The position numbers and the translations under genes were made by a program. From Gordius albopunctatus (lineage: Eukaryota), in the NCBI GenBank assembly GCA_964276515.1, contig OZ193909.1, positions 14,322,001 to 14,386,000 on the forward strand: a stretch of 64,000 nt of DNA. The letters are read 5' to 3'. Positions 1 through 14,900 of this stretch are shown one piece after another. Position 1 is the first letter of the stretch. Every line of letters begins with the position of its first letter. The notes under the pieces are model-generated. The model was not told where the DNA came from. It saw nothing but the letters and a program-made list of their open reading frames with translations, and made no database searches.

Positions 1-1726
1 TGCTTTCTGAAACCGATAGACTCCTCATACCGTTCCCGATTCTATCACCATCTGGTAAATTTAAATAAGGCAAAAGTGCTAAAATTTAAAGTCATTTTAA
101 TAATTAGTTAAATATATCAATTTTACGGCATTGAAAAATATGCAATCATATACTAAGTTGACAACGTGGCTTAGCCAGGATTGGAATTAGAGGGGGGCAC
201 TTATATTAGGGAGGCGCAAAATGACAATTTTTTTAAATTTTAGCCATAATCATATGAAATTGTAAAGAATTTATGGAATTAGAGGGGAGCGGCCGCCCTA
301 CTCTGCCACCCTCTGGACACGCTCACTCATGTATATAGGGTAGAGCTGAAATGCTTCTTACTACTGTATTTATGATCTGCATATGAGTTTTCTTTTGCTG
401 GTTCCCTTAAAACATCCAGGTAGGATTTAGGGATAAGACCGATCGATCCTTTCTCACCAATGTGCCCTTCGTGCCAATTACGATCCAACTCGGCTACTAG
501 GTTAAGAACTTCATCCTAAAAGGCGGAATTTAAATGATGAATTTTCTATTAAGATTTATATATGACTCGTTTCAATCAATGGGCGTCATATGGTGTTAGA
601 TAGGCCTTATTTAAGTCAAGTCCGTTAGATAAGGGGGTTTATTAATGAATAAAGACCGCAGGTTCGAATTAAATGTCTAAATGGGGAATAAGAGATCAAA
701 GTAATTGGTTTCCATCACTTTACGAAAGGTGAGTTCGGATGGGTATTGGCTGTTACAATTGTATTTCGCTATTGCTACTCCATTACCATGTTGGGCATTT
801 AGCAACGCAGCTTCTTCTATGCTAATCATTACCTTTAGAATAAAAAATAATCCCATCAATTTGCAAACTTAATTTTATTTATTAATTAATAATTGAATTA
901 ATTTTTATGGTCGAAAATAAATTAACATAACAACAAATCTAATTTAAAAATTAACTTTGACGTAATTGGCTGGAAAAATCCCGATCATGCCCACGTGTTC
1001 TCCCTCGAACCAATTTGGATCTATCCTCCGGAGCATGTATAAAACGTCGTCCTTATCAAATGAAATCTCCCTGACAATTTTAGTTGTATATAATATATAA
1101 TTTAAATGTTTAAAAAAACTTTGAATTTTTGGCCACGAATCGATAAAGTGCTCGGGCTTTGGCCCTTATCACGGGCCCGGGTCTGGTCGGACCCGATAAG
1201 CTATAACGACGTCCATTCTCCATTCGCTCCGATCGGTCAGGCCCGTGGGATTCGGTTAAGATTCGGTGTTTTTCGGAAACTTTGGAAACATCTTCGGGAG
1301 GACCAGTTGTGTAAACTAGATTCATGTAACGGTTCACGGGTATGGGGGAGTTTGAAGAAGGCCTAGTTACCAAACAAGAGCTCTTACAAGAATTACACTT
1401 TATGGAGACCGTTAAAGGTGAATGATAAACATATAGTTTCACGAGCCTAGTCAAGCCTGGGGGGGGGGCAGCTGCCCCCTCTAAATCTAAAAATTTGTTT
1501 AAATTTATTAAAATTATGGCTATTATTTCAAAAAATGATCATTTTGCCCCTTTTTTAATCATTATTGCCCCCCCCTCTAATTCAAATGCTGGCTACGCCC
1601 ATGTATAGCTAATTTAAATATTTTGATGTAAATGAAATAACTTACACATATCCATGCCGACGATCTTCCAATTTTTTAAGTTCATCTCGCGATTTTCGCA
1701 TCTTTTCATGCTCGATCCAATCATCC
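1..1726 (-). CDS. Multi-SH3 adaptor, CAP/vinexin/SORBS-like (partial, spliced; continues off the left edge)
   Basis: Exons ~1120-1364 (ARALYRFVAKNSK) and ~958-1070 (EISFDKDDVLYMLRRIDPNWFEGEHVGMIGIFPANYVK) form one SH3. Exons ~718-830 (AIAKYNCNSQYPSELTFRK) and ~365-516 (DEVLNLVAELDRNWHEGHIGEKGSIGLIPKSYLDVL) form a second. GT-AG boundaries are in frame. Further probable exons at ~1646-1726 and 1-51. Confidence 0.85.
1440..1603. mobile_element. Short hAT-type MITE (CATGGGCGTAGCC-family termini)
   Basis: Ends in GCTGGCTACGCCCATG, has G/C runs next to the termini and a degenerate 8-bp TSD (tatagttt/tatagcta). Related copies at ~165-330, ~2450-2600, 20414-20549 and 27185-27346. Confidence 0.6.
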
Positions 1727-2999
1727 TGAAACAGATGAATATTTAGTCAAAACATCGGTTAATTTTTATAAATCTGAATTTTTGAAAGCATAAAATTCGA
1801 CAATTTTTGAATATTTAAATATATTATCGTTAAGAATATGCTAAAATTTTAGAATTTCAATCGCTCTTTCACTAAATATTTTTTATCAAACAAGTTTAAA
1901 GAGCAATAAATAAAAATAACTATTATTATTTTAAAAAACACCAAAAAATAATTTCCAGAAAAAAAATCTCATCGAAATTTTATAAATTTACTACGACACG
2001 TAAAACTTACCAAAATTTTCCGTTGCTGAGTTATCCGCAGCAAATTTGAAAATAAAATGAAGATTAATCATTAAGATACTTATAATTTTAATTTTTATTC
2101 ATTTTTTAAATTTGATAAATGTCCTGGAAATAAAAAAGTTTTAGGAAACATTTAGAGCATTGTCGTGTGTTTAAGAAGGAAAAAAGGAAAAAAAAATTTT
2201 CTTGCTTAGATGATAAACGTGCTTTTCGCAGAGTTGCTAGGTAGAGCTGGGATTGGACACTTTTGAAAATAAAAAATCGTGCGAAAGACAATTTAGTTTG
2301 GTTTACCTGCTGGGTCTTGTAGGCAAAATAGCGCAATAGGGGACATCTACCCTCTCTTCCCGCCCTCAAAACATTCACAAATGTTTTCAAGAAAATCTTT
2401 TAAATGTTATCACAAAAAAACGAATAGAAAATTAAATTTTTTCTAGCGAATCATAGGCGTAGGCAGGGTCATAAGGCTTTTGGGAAGGGCAAAATGATAA
2501 TCTTTATGAAGTAAAGCCATACATTTATTTAATTTTTTGAAAAATTGAGAATTAGAGGGGGGCAGTCGCCCATCCCTGCCACCCCCTGGCTAGGTTCATG
2601 AAGGAATCTGACCCTAACCCAATTAATGAATGGCGTAAATGCGCCTCTGATTTTTGATGAAAAAAAAATATTTTACATCTAAAGTTTATATTTTATAGTT
2701 TTGCAACGTAACCTAATTGCTATGCAATTTATTGGAATTAGCTCCTATTCCAGATGAAGTTCTTGAGATATTATGGCCGGGAAAAAGATATATAATTATT
2801 TAATAATGACTTTCTTTTTTTAATTTTAATGTTAAAATTAAAATGCTATAAAAAGGACCAATCCATTTAATCTATTTTTTGACATAGTTTTTCTTATATA
2901 AAAGCTAATAGGTAAAGAAGAGTTGTGATGTTGGGCAAAGAAGATTACAATATTTTATAATCTGATAGGGCGTCCAAGGGATTCTTTGGACGAAATCCT

Positions 3000-3300
3000 T
3001 CTATAATTTATTTTCATTCGCGTTTCTGGCAAGACAAGGAAATATTATTTGGAAATTTGCCAAAAATTGATTTTTGTCCAAAAACCGTTCATTTTCTTTG
3101 CATATCATCGAGGTTTCTTAAGTTCAAAATCATACAACTTAACCTGAGGTTCGACTACTATTATAAAAGTTTCTGCTAACTGTCTAACTAGCTGAAGATC
3201 TAGGTCCTTTTTTGCAATTACTTGCATAATATATTCAGATTGTCGTAGAGAAGTGAGCAAGGTTGCAGCTTCTGTTGCAACATCGTGATCATAACAGCTT
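3000..3300 (-). pseudogene. Degenerate hAT transposase fragment
   Basis: Minus-strand pieces DVATEAATLLTSLRQSEY, DFELKKPR and ERFLDKNQFL parallel [23 protein letters not shown] and [10 protein letters not shown] of the hAT ORF at 18060. Confidence 0.5.
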
Positions 3301-6300
3301 GCTTCAATTTCTCCTTATTTGGTTTCTCTTCCATTTCTGACAACATTTAAATTAAAACTCCATGACGTTTGAATAGATTAAATGGATTGACACTTTTATT
3401 AGCGAGTTATGGGTAAAATTAGCTCCTACTCCAGATGACGCAGGGAAAAATAAAATATGAAATTATTTTATAACGACTTTCTTTATGTTTTATACCAGAT
3501 TTTATGACTTCGATGTTGAAATAAAATTTTTTGGTTAAAACAACCAATATACATTTCACAAGCATTTAATAGTTAAACGCGATTCTAAACAGACATTAAC
3601 TTTAGCTACTTATTGAAATAACGTGAACTATAATAAATTTTATAGATATGTTTTATTCCATTAAATCTTTATATATTAGATAAAGACGAACGAATAGAGA
3701 GGCGTCATTTTTGACACATAAGAGTCAATTATCTTTTCTTTAAGCCTACATATCTTTCTTTATTTGACTAAACGTATTCAAAAAGATCCAAATCTCTATA
3801 TTGTTAATCAACCAAAAATAACATAAAAATATATTGAAATTTTATTTTGTTTTACTATTTCATTATACTGTTCATGTAAAAAAATGTATTTAAAAATATA
3901 AAAAACATAAATTTTAAGATTATAAAAAAGTTTGCAACAAAATATATTGTAACTTTCTTGTTCAAATTTTTTTACCATTTTATTTCTTCTGCCCTAGCTA
4001 TCATAGCCATCTAAATCGTATCCTCCCGTTAAAGAGTTTGGCGGGGATCGACCATCCACGTGATTAATAGGTTTAAAGCCGTATTTGGAATTGTAGAGTT
4101 CCGATGTGGAACGCATGTGTTGGGGGTTGGGCGTTACCGTTTGAGAAGATTTGCGACAGTCAGCTGTTTAAAGCGGTGAGGGGTCAGGGTTGTAAAGGTG
4201 ACACTAAATGAGACCAAATAAAAGATCCGATCCGGCAGCCATCTCTGAAGACAACAACTCACGTACAAAAGAGTATCCGTACCGCCTGTCAGATACACCG
4301 AGGGTTCCGCTTAAAGAATGGAGAAGTGTAGTGACAGTTATTTAGGTATTTGAATATAGGCTTCGTTATTTATAACACTTGAAAATACACCTTATGCAAA
4401 TTACCTATTTTGAATATATGAATTTATCGGCTGCATATAATTAATCGTGGCTATTGAAATATAAAGTCGTTTGTTTTAGTTTGGAACCTAAGTTTTTATG
4501 TTCTACCCTTGCCACTTCATTACAACATCCATTAAAAATCTCCACGGCAATTATGCAAAAATTACAAGTTGGACAACGGACAACGAAAAGCGAGCCCATA
4601 GATTGCATAGCAATTAATAATGAACAATCGTTAAATTGCATTAGTCAATTTTACAAAAAAAAAGCGAAAATATGTTCAAAAACATTAATCTTTGCTTTAT
4701 ATATTTAAAAAATTATTTTTAAAAGCTCTACAATTATAATAATAGCTTGGACGCAAAGGATTTCATAAATTAAATAAAAATTAAATTTAATTGTATAAGT
4801 GTTAAAAATCGCTTAAATGTATTTTATTAATTTAAGTCCCAGCGATTTTCACTTGAGCTATTTCGACTATATTGGGAAAAGATCACGAGGTAGACCTTCT
4901 ATGAGTAAATGAGCTCCGGTAGTCCGATAAAATTAAAATTCTATGTTAAGAGTTTGCCAAGAAAACAGATATTTAATCGATGACAATCGTTTTTAATTTT
5001 ATGTAGGTATTTTATTGGGATTATGGGTTATGTTATAATTGGTGAATAACAATATATATTAAAGTGAATTTTACTTATCTAAAAAATTAGTACTTTTATT
5101 AAAAAATTAACATGAAAACTTAGATATTTTAGTAAAAATTAGCATAAAATATTTAGCATTTTGTACTTTTCTACTTAACATCTATATAACACCCTTTTTA
5201 ATTAGGTTTGTGTTAAATAGACTAAATTTTTGTTTTTAGATTTTAAAATAAAAAATTATAATTCATTTACATTTTTAAAGATTTTTTTTGTTTATGCAAC
5301 AACAAGACATGAAAATAAAGCGCAATTTTTTTATAATTTATTTATATTAACATACATTAACTTGAAACACGTAATTCATATTTGTTATATGTGGAAATGT
5401 ATTTAGGTATTGCTTGGTTGCCACAATCAATCGAAAAAATGGATTCTAACGCCTGGCTTATGATCAGAATTGTCTGATACAAACTTTTCCCATATAGCTA
5501 GAAAAAAGTCGCCAAACTTTGCTGGATATTCAATACTATCTTTCACCAAATCAAACTTTTTTAGGTCATTATACCATATACCTTCAATTTAGTATAAATT
5601 AAAAAAGTTTTAAAGCCTACCAATGTGAGGGATGCAAATCTTCTTATATTTAACTTGTTTCTTCATCAACTTTTTTTCCGAATATGTAAGTGTCTTCATC
5701 ATTAGCTTTTTAAATTTATCAGGAAGTTGCTAGGGAAAATGGGGATATAATATTTTCACTAAAATATACCATATATAATTCATACAACATCTCGAACTCG
5801 AGATTTTGTATCCCCAACATCAATGCATATGCGCAGTTGTAGGATCTGCGGGTTTTTATCAAAATCTAAACCACATTGATATTTTGTTCATGTATTTACC
5901 TCAATGACTGCCAAAAGAAACATTAATTCCATGAGATTGTTTTCTACTGCTAAATTATACATATGCTTGCAGGCCCAATTCATTAGCTAATAATTTATTT
6001 AATTCATCCTTATTTTTAATTTTACTTTATCAAATTGCTTTAGGTATCTATACAGTGCCGTTTTTTCCATTATAATATCGCCTTCTAAATATTGAATCCA
6101 TTCCCTTCTTGATATAGCCTTAAACATCCTTTTATCATTGGCATGCATCATATTCTAAAGATTATTTTTTAAATTTAATAAAGCATTAGATCGTACAGCA
6201 ATTTTTTTCGGTCCAAATCTATGGAAAGGTGTGAATCCTGGAAATGGGTTAACGTGATTTCTATTCAATCCAGGGTTTTCAAAATCTGGAGGAAGCTCAA

Positions 6301-6734
6301 TATAAATATCATTTCTTTTTTTAAATAAATTGCCAAATAATTTCCACATTTCTGAATTCTCACAAATATTGAATTAATTTTGAATTTTAAAAGATGTTTT
6401 TTATACGCAAGTAATTGTTTGTCTAAATGAAAAGTAAGTCTAAAAGAACGTTCTATTCTATAACCAATATATTAACTACTCGATTAATAACTTTAAATGA
6501 ATTTATATAAAAAAAATTAAAGTCTTAATCTGTTTTGATTAGATAAATTCTTGTCCCCAAAAGATCGATAAGATTTTGGGTGGGACTAGGGCGATTCTTT
6601 ATGTTAGTTTAGGTTTCACACCAGCCTTTCCTCCTAATCTTTAATGATTTTTCGAAGTTTAATAATTATCTCAAATTTCTAAAATTATATAGCGAGTAAT
6701 TGGAAGTTCATGTGACTTAAAAATGATAACATAC

Positions 6735-6932
6735 ATTCGCTCTTATTGGAGCTCATCAGTATGACATTTCAAATATAATATAACAAAATAATTACATACC
6801 AAAATTATGAGGGTTATTGTGTAACCACCATAAGAATGGGTTGAAATTTGGTCTTATATATATACCTATCTAGCTGAGAATGTGACTAGAAAATTTAATA
6901 TGGCATACTGATGAGCTCTAATGTGAGCGAAA
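6735..6932. repeat. Imperfect inverted repeat, probable MITE remnant
   Basis: ttcgctcttattggagctcatcagtatgacat is mirrored by atggcatactgatgagctctaatgtgagcgaa. Confidence 0.55.
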
Positions 6933-8115
6933 ACGTTTTATGTCTGTTATCATTTTCGACTCTCATGCTAAAAAAGATAGTGATATACATAGCCAAATTA
7001 GTCTCTAATTTAAATTGCCTCTATAGATGGCGCACATTGGAATAAACTATTAAGTAAATAGCGGCACTCCTATATGGCTTAAAAATAATAGCAAACAGCA
7101 ATTTATCAATTAATTTACAATATTATTAAGATATTAATAAAAATAAAAAAATAAACTTGTAACAATATTTGATATAAATTTTGTGAAAATGAATATTATA
7201 AATATAAAAATAAAGTTGGTATTATTTAGCATGATAAAAAATACCCTTCTATTGATAGCAATTGTTTTGAAATCTTTCAAATAATTCCTAAACCAAATCC
7301 AATGCACAACTTCCCAAGAATTGATGAAATTTAATTTTTCAGTTTAATTTCTTCTTCAAAGAGTCTGTTCAATTATTTTGTGTATCCCCTATTTTACTGT
7401 CGTAATGAAACAATTTTGTTTACTTGACGAGCTTCTTTTTTGGAGCTTATTATGCTGTCACATTGACGCGTATAATATTTGTTTAGATAAAATTCGTTAT
7501 AAAGTTGTTTTAAATTTACATATTATATTCTATTCATTTTCATTATGCTCTATTATAATTTTGTGAAAAATTTATTGGCTATATTTGCTTAGAAGACTGG
7601 TAACTGGTTTAATATTATAAGTAAAAAAGGTTAAATTACAGAAAATTTTTTATATTAAAATTTATTTGGAATAAAATGTATGGATTGTAATTAAATCTAG
7701 TGGATTAATTTATAAAGGGCTTGCTAAAAATAATTTCAAATCTAATTATGAAAACAACTTTTCTGCTAAAATATTGAATTTGTATGCCAAGAAGTCTATA
7801 ACTTGAAAACGCATGGACATGCATCTAAATTGTAGCAAGATTTTTGAAGCTAATAGTCCTTACGCTTATTTTGATTTTTTTGATAATAATATTGTTATAA
7901 CTACAAAAAACTTTATTGCTGAATATCAGGTATGTCGTTATTACTCATATGCCTATAAATACTTAGATTATTCAAAATAAAGTCACCCAAAGATGGGCGT
8001 TAGATAATCCTAATTTTTTTTCTTCTCATGGAAGATTCAATAAAGAAAAGAACGAATATGTTGTTATTCAAAATAAACATGTAGGTGTTTTTAAATTTAA
8101 TAATTTTTCCTTAAG

Positions 8116-8988
8116 ATTATTAAGTGTTGGACTAACATGGACAAAGATATTAACTTGTATGGGAAATCTTTATCCCTAAGAGACTTATGCTTACACGAAA
8201 TTTATTATTTCTTTACATTGGGAATATACATTATTACACAGAGAGGAAATATATTGCCATATGCAATGGTTGAAAATAAATTAAATTATGGAGAGAACTT
8301 ATTTAAAGAAGATGACAGTATAAGTGTTATTGCCTCATTCAAATGTGTTATTAAAAATATGGATAATCCTCGCAAACATTACATTGTCTTGTTATGCCGA
8401 GTAATTAACCTATTCACATATTTAATTTTAACTTAGGATGCCAAAGATGAGATCTATATAACAATCAATGCCCTTTCTAAAAATAATTCCAAATGTGTAA
8501 AAACACTATGGCTTGACACAAAATTCAAATTGCAAAATGATAATTTTGATATACTTGGATATTATGATCACAGCCATAATAGGGAAGAGATTATTTTAAC
8601 TATTGGTATATTATATATACTAAAATTTTATAGACACTTTTGTAGGCTTTGGTTCAACATTGGCTTCATTTGATTTGTTATCACCTGAAGATGGTTCGAA
8701 AATAACAATGGAAGATCTTAAAACAAATATCCTTCATCCCTTTTTTAAGGAAAATGGAATAATTACCCATAATCAAATAGTTATGATTAAAAGGCTAGAC
8801 TATTCTAATATAGTACTAGCTTATAGACATCAAGACAATCCACAAAATGGCTCAATCAATTTAAAAAGTATATTTTATTACGTTGATAAAGATATGTGGG
8901 ATAAGAATCTAATTTGTTACTTTACACTTTTAATTTCAATTATTATATCAAATAGATTATCACCTTGCCCTATACAATATGAAGCTTG
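8116..8988 (+). CDS. Uncharacterised spliced protein-coding gene (internal exons)
   Basis: Exons 8116-8400, 8437-8605 and 8646-~8988 join in frame across 36-nt and 40-nt GT-AG introns. No recognisable domain. Further exons are likely on both sides (e.g. ~9232-9456). Confidence 0.6.
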
Positions 8989-11900
8989 GTATATTTTTAT
9001 ATGACATTGAAACTAATATCAAAGAAACAATGATAAGAGTAAATTAATTATGTACAATTCATGTTCAATCTATTAATTGGAAATTAAATTTATGCTACTA
9101 GCAAATAATTAATACATCTGTTATTATAAGTGTTTGGCTAAATAATTCTTATGATATCTTAATTAAATTTACAGACTTTTCTAAATTAAATATATATTTC
9201 CTTTGATGTAACTTTATTCAATATTTTGTAGTTGTTTGCAGTTAAGAATTTGGTATCTGTGGCCACAACAAATGCTGTTTACATGCTTAAAACTGACAAA
9301 TTGCATAGGAGTCAGTCCCTGAACAAATTGATTGGTGTTAGCAAATATCACGGAGAACAGCACAGGGACAAACCTAGTGGGAGTGGTAAAATAGCAAGAA
9401 AACAACTGGGGAACAAAATTAAATTAAATGGATTCATACCTTCGTTGAATAAAAATGTAATAAGTCTTTTTTTGCAAACCTAGAAAGTTTTGTCAATTCT
9501 TTTAATTTATATAATATTTAGCACAACTCTGTTATATTTCCAACCTAAGCACTCTTTTCACATCTTATTTTTCATAAATCCTGTCTTTTAAATTAACTAT
9601 TAAAATTTCATAATTGGAATATTTTTTTAAAATATTTATTTCCCTCTCTTTTTGTCCATCTATTTAAGGCAAATTTTAGTTTAATAATTAAATGAATTCA
9701 CATTTTTATACCATGTCATTACTTATTTTTACATACAAAAAATAAATAACAGGCTAGCAAGTATATGATGATGGAGGCTTCAGATGAGCTGTTCAGGAAC
9801 ACAATAAATTTTCTGGATCCTAGTTACAAAATTAAGCATTTTGCCAAAAATCTTGGAGATATACTTTGTGCCATAGAAGTATATACTTTTACATAATTTT
9901 TAAGATGTCCATATTTGCCTTGCTACTATATATTTTAACCCTAATTTTGAATTAATGCAATAACACAGGTTGTATTATACAACCTAACTTTTTCTTTAAA
10001 AGTAACCCATTACCTACAACTAACATTTCATACATGTGGTAAACCATGTTTAGTTTTTAAATTTTCACATAAAAGGCTTTATCATTGTATAAAAATATGT
10101 TGAAAGTTTACAACATGAACATTTCTTGCAAATAAGTGATACTAATTATATTTAGATAAACAAGATCTTTTAAAGTGTTATTAGTATCATACGTATATAA
10201 CATAATACAAAAGCATGTTTACATATTTGTATGAACCAATTTTTTCATTCTAGATTTTTTATATTTATATTAGCCATATTCTCTTAATGCCTAAAAAATT
10301 TATGTTAGGTAGAAGGATTTTTTGAACATCAAAGAAACTCATACAACCTAAATAGAATCAAGAGTTATTGAGTGATGTTCATTATATTTGTCTTCTTATT
10401 TAACTAATAAATATAGAAAATAATATTTTACCACTTTTAATCAAACTTTTTGCCCCCTTTCCCTATGTTAGAATCTTGGGTATGCCCATGGCATATTTTG
10501 CTGATTTTTAAGATAACGAAACTGAATCTTATCAATGATCTTTATGTGTTGAATTAAGCTTTCCTATTACCAAATATGTGCATAAATGTGCTCTTTAGCA
10601 AATTAATTTTTTATGTAATAACATGTTATTGTTTACTAATGAACTTACTCTCCAAAACTGCAAACAACATGGCCCATGTCCACTGTATGTTAAAAGCAAG
10701 ATTTTATAATATACTTGGAAATCAACATTTTCCATCAATAATTACAGCATCAAGATCAAAACCTTAAAAAGGTTCAGTTTTTGAGTAATCTGCTGCAAAA
10801 GATTTGAATCCACTTGAACCATAGCTTAGCTTAAATTGAACAAAGTTTTGAGTTCCATTATGCGATTCATGCAAAATGCATATGAATGAATGTTTTGATT
10901 TTGAAACTAGTCAAATAGCTATCAACGTGATTGCAGTGTTTCCATACTAATTTTTGCAGTCAAAAATTTGTCGTGAAATTTGTCCCCTAAAAATTGTCAA
11001 ATATTTTTATGGATCACTTTTACAGGCATAATACAGTGTTTTAGAATTCAAAAGCTTCACATACAAATATTTTATATAAGCACTTACGGGTGAGTAGTAC
11101 CACTTAGCATCATTATGAAGATTACTTATATTATTTTAGATGGAACTGACATGCATTGCCACCATAATTAGCAAGCGCACAAGGTACAGTTTGTGGAAGA
11201 AAGGCGTGCTTATTATGTTAAGTGAATGCAGGATACTCTTTTGAGCCTATAAGGTATTTAGTTATCAACATTAAAAGCCAATTCACCTTTTAGAAGCAAT
11301 GCATTTTTCTACAATGCTAGAGCCATGTGGATTTGGAAACTAAGAAAGTAGCGTATTGCCACCACAAGGCCATTGCCTGAATTAGAACAAAATAATGAGG
11401 GGGTTAGGAACAAAATGCTTGTTGGTGATTTAGAGTTTGAGTATCACCATAAAATGGCCAAATCCACCTTGTGTATTCATGACTGTGACACACACATACG
11501 TGTCTAATATGCAACTTGGGCGCGCATTTGCAATTTATTATGACACATATTATTAGGCATACACCAATATTTCTCTTATTTTCTAATCAACATCTTGAAC
11601 TTTTTAATATTTGATAAATTGGATTTGATTGTACAAATGTGGATGACTATTCATAATCTACCACCCCTATGAATTTGGCTTTAAATTGCAACTAGACTTA
11701 AAATAAACTCGTATCAGAGTTATTCCTCTTATAGGTGTAAGTAAGAGCTATTTAGAAAAGGCAGCTAGAATAGTCATATTTACAAGAAAAGCTAAATTAT
11801 TAAAAACCACATTTTGTCCCTTCTTCGAGTATTTGATAGCAAGGGGCAGATTGGGTGGCAATGACATTTTATATTTTTGTGTACTTTAAAAAAACGTGCA

Positions 11901-14900
11901 TATGATGATAAATGTGTAGACAAGTGCAAAACTGTTAAGTCGGCCTAGAATTAGTATTATAGTAAAGGCCTCATCATCTTTAGGGCAATTTTTTATACAG
12001 AGTTGTGCATAATAAATAATGAAATCAACATAAAATTATTATCATTTAAAAGTGCCTCTGAAACATTTGATTCTCTTCAAGAACATATAAAAGAAATCGA
12101 ATTACACTAATCTTAGTCAGCTTCAAGATAGCATATTGGTAATCCCATTTTGGATTTCGGGTAGGTGGATGATACCTTGTTTGAAGAAAAGTTGTTAAAG
12201 ATGGCTACCAGATTTTGCTTATTAAAGCCTATCCCTTCTCGTTACCCCCAAGATTAGGGCACTTTTCGGACCCCTTATTGTGGCAGCTTTTTCCATTTTT
12301 GCCAAATGCAAAATTATATTGCATAAAAATAGATATTTGAGGAGTCTGACAACTACAAGCTTGCCACTACATATCCCCGTTTCAATATTACGATGATTTG
12401 TTTTTATTTGCATGGCGATATAATTTAATTTTTGATTTATATTGGTAAGAGGGGCAGTGCGACAATATTTTTTATCATTGGGGGGGGGGGCGGGCGATTA
12501 TTGAAAATGGTTTTGAACTACTGTCCTGCAGTTATAAAAAATGAAGAGTGAAAGTCATCAAGCACAATTTAATTCTTCCTTTAATTTTTCTTTCCCTTTG
12601 GCCTATCTTTGACGGGACCAAAAATTTAGACCCATTTTACTATATAACACATTTTTCATCGAATACTCAGAAGGATGACGTTAAAGGATTTGAAGAATCT
12701 TTTGAAAATTTCAAAAGAAGCATTACCCAGGAATCGGATAGGTTAGTGCCGGAGTACGCGGCTAATTTTTGTACCCTGTACAAATGCGTCGTTCAAAAGA
12801 TACTCACTTGGCCCTCCACTTGGCCCAGCGAGCAAATTGCCTTCCTCATACAGCGTTCTCTCATACCAGCTTGGTACAAAAATTACTATATTAGTTTTAG
12901 TTGGTTATACCCTGTGTTTTAGAGTTACTAATTAGTATTAAAATGTCTTATATGCAAAAGTTAATTTTAATGTAAACGCTATGCGAATTCGGTCCTTTTA
13001 AATTTGAGCTGACCCCACTCGTGTTGCAAGGATCTTAGTTTATTTATTTAATTTTAGGGTAATGTTTAACAAATTTCACTCAATGGATTTATATTTAGCC
13101 TTTTTTGCGAAAAAATAAATAACACTAGTTATTTAGCCTCAAGTTAAGTCTCGATTAATATTTAATCCAACTATTAAATCAATAATTCCTCACTCAGTTT
13201 TTACGAGTTGTTGATCGAGAAAATTCTACACCAAAACGATTTTTCAACGGTCGACATCGCGTTCTCCACCCTGAGGGATGCCCTAAACGAAAAATGCATA
13301 ATAAAATGCCTCCTTCACATACTAGAGTAATGCTTGATTCGGTATTTATTATTTTTGTAGCTCAGAGTGTAAAAATGTTTGAACACAAAAATTGGTCATT
13401 TTTGATATTTTTAACTTCATAGAAGTGCATGAAATTCTTGAAATATTGGCGATCTTTGTACGATTTTTACGGGATTTTTTGCGAAATAATGATCTCTTAA
13501 GGGGCAAATAATCTCGCACACCCTAAAGGCATATATTCTTCAGATAATGATATTTTTTCAACTTAAAGCCTAAGTGGTCAGCACGTCTTTTAATTCTGTG
13601 TCTATTTTTACTTGCGTTTTAGCCACCCACAAGAAGTACCAGAAAGGATAGCGTTGTCATTGATGTGAGTTCTTTTTAATTTCGACTAGTTATATGGAAT
13701 GAAACATTTTTAACATAACATAAACTTTAATCGCTTTTTTACACTTACTTTTAACTATTGCTTTGTTCGAGTTTATTTAGTCTTTACACCGACCATTATT
13801 AATTTAGTTATAACGCTCTAGAAATTCTTGTTATAATAACAGAGGATGTCAATTTTGATGAGATAAATTGATTAAGGTTTTGATTCATTTTATAGGATGT
13901 TTAAATTTAATGAATAATTTGACTAAATTTAAGGCTGATACGCCATTTAGAGGTTTTTAATATTAGCGGTAAAAAATTTTAGAGCTATCTTGACTTTGCT
14001 TAATGCAGACTATTTTCATTTTTATAAATTGTTCAATAAAGTTTCTAAATCATGTGCGACATTTTTAGGCGCAATATCATAGGCTATCGGGGAAATTGTA
14101 CGCACATGGCCAAGATACTAAAGTACCTCACGCTTGAACATTCATACGTAAGCGCCATTATTTTTTGTATCGTCACTTTATATAAATTTTTTATGAGATG
14201 TCTTTACAATTTTATGTGTTGTATCAGAGGTTAATGGAATACCTGCTTTCTTTGTTCACTACCGCAATCTTATTCAAACCATCAGACCTAGCCACAACGA
14301 ATTCCCTAGTAAATATTACTTTTTTTAATATTTCTCTGTTCAAATATATTGATTACTTTACATTTATATACGGAGGCCAATCCACAGGCACAAAAAAATG
14401 TTGTAGGAACTGTATACCATACGATTGTTGAATTGTTTAAAAACCTGAATTTTCAGCAAATTAATGTTTATGAGATTTGTCTGGGAGGGATTAATTGGAG
14501 CTTGTTATTCCTTTAAAAAATTCGTGGTTTTTATTCATTAATTTTAGACCTTTGGCAATAAATGATTATTTAATGAGATAATATCATTCTTTTAAGATTT
14601 TTTTAGGTTTCTATTAGAATAATAAGATGATTTTATTAGTGACTAGGGCCGGGGTGGGGAAACTAATGAACAAAGGATAATTAGAATGATAATCACAAAA
14701 ATATATAATTATACCAATAATATAATCTGTAGAAAATGATATACAAATAAAAGTTATACTAAATTAAACTATTCTTCTTTCACGTATTCACATATACGAC
14801 AGTTTGTAATGCCTTTTCTAATTGTGTTGGTTTAGACCATTATAAAATATTTATTAACGACAACTTTGTTTCTATATTTAAAGGTCCAAACTACGCTATC

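Noticed and set aside
3995..4330. GC-richer minus-strand stretch that may be an upstream exon of the SH3 gene
   Set aside because: A reading frame is plausible, but I could not establish splice phase or homology.
12548..12922. 124-aa ORF
   Set aside because: GTG start, no recognisable motif, and adjacent to MITE-like G-runs; likely TE debris or chance.
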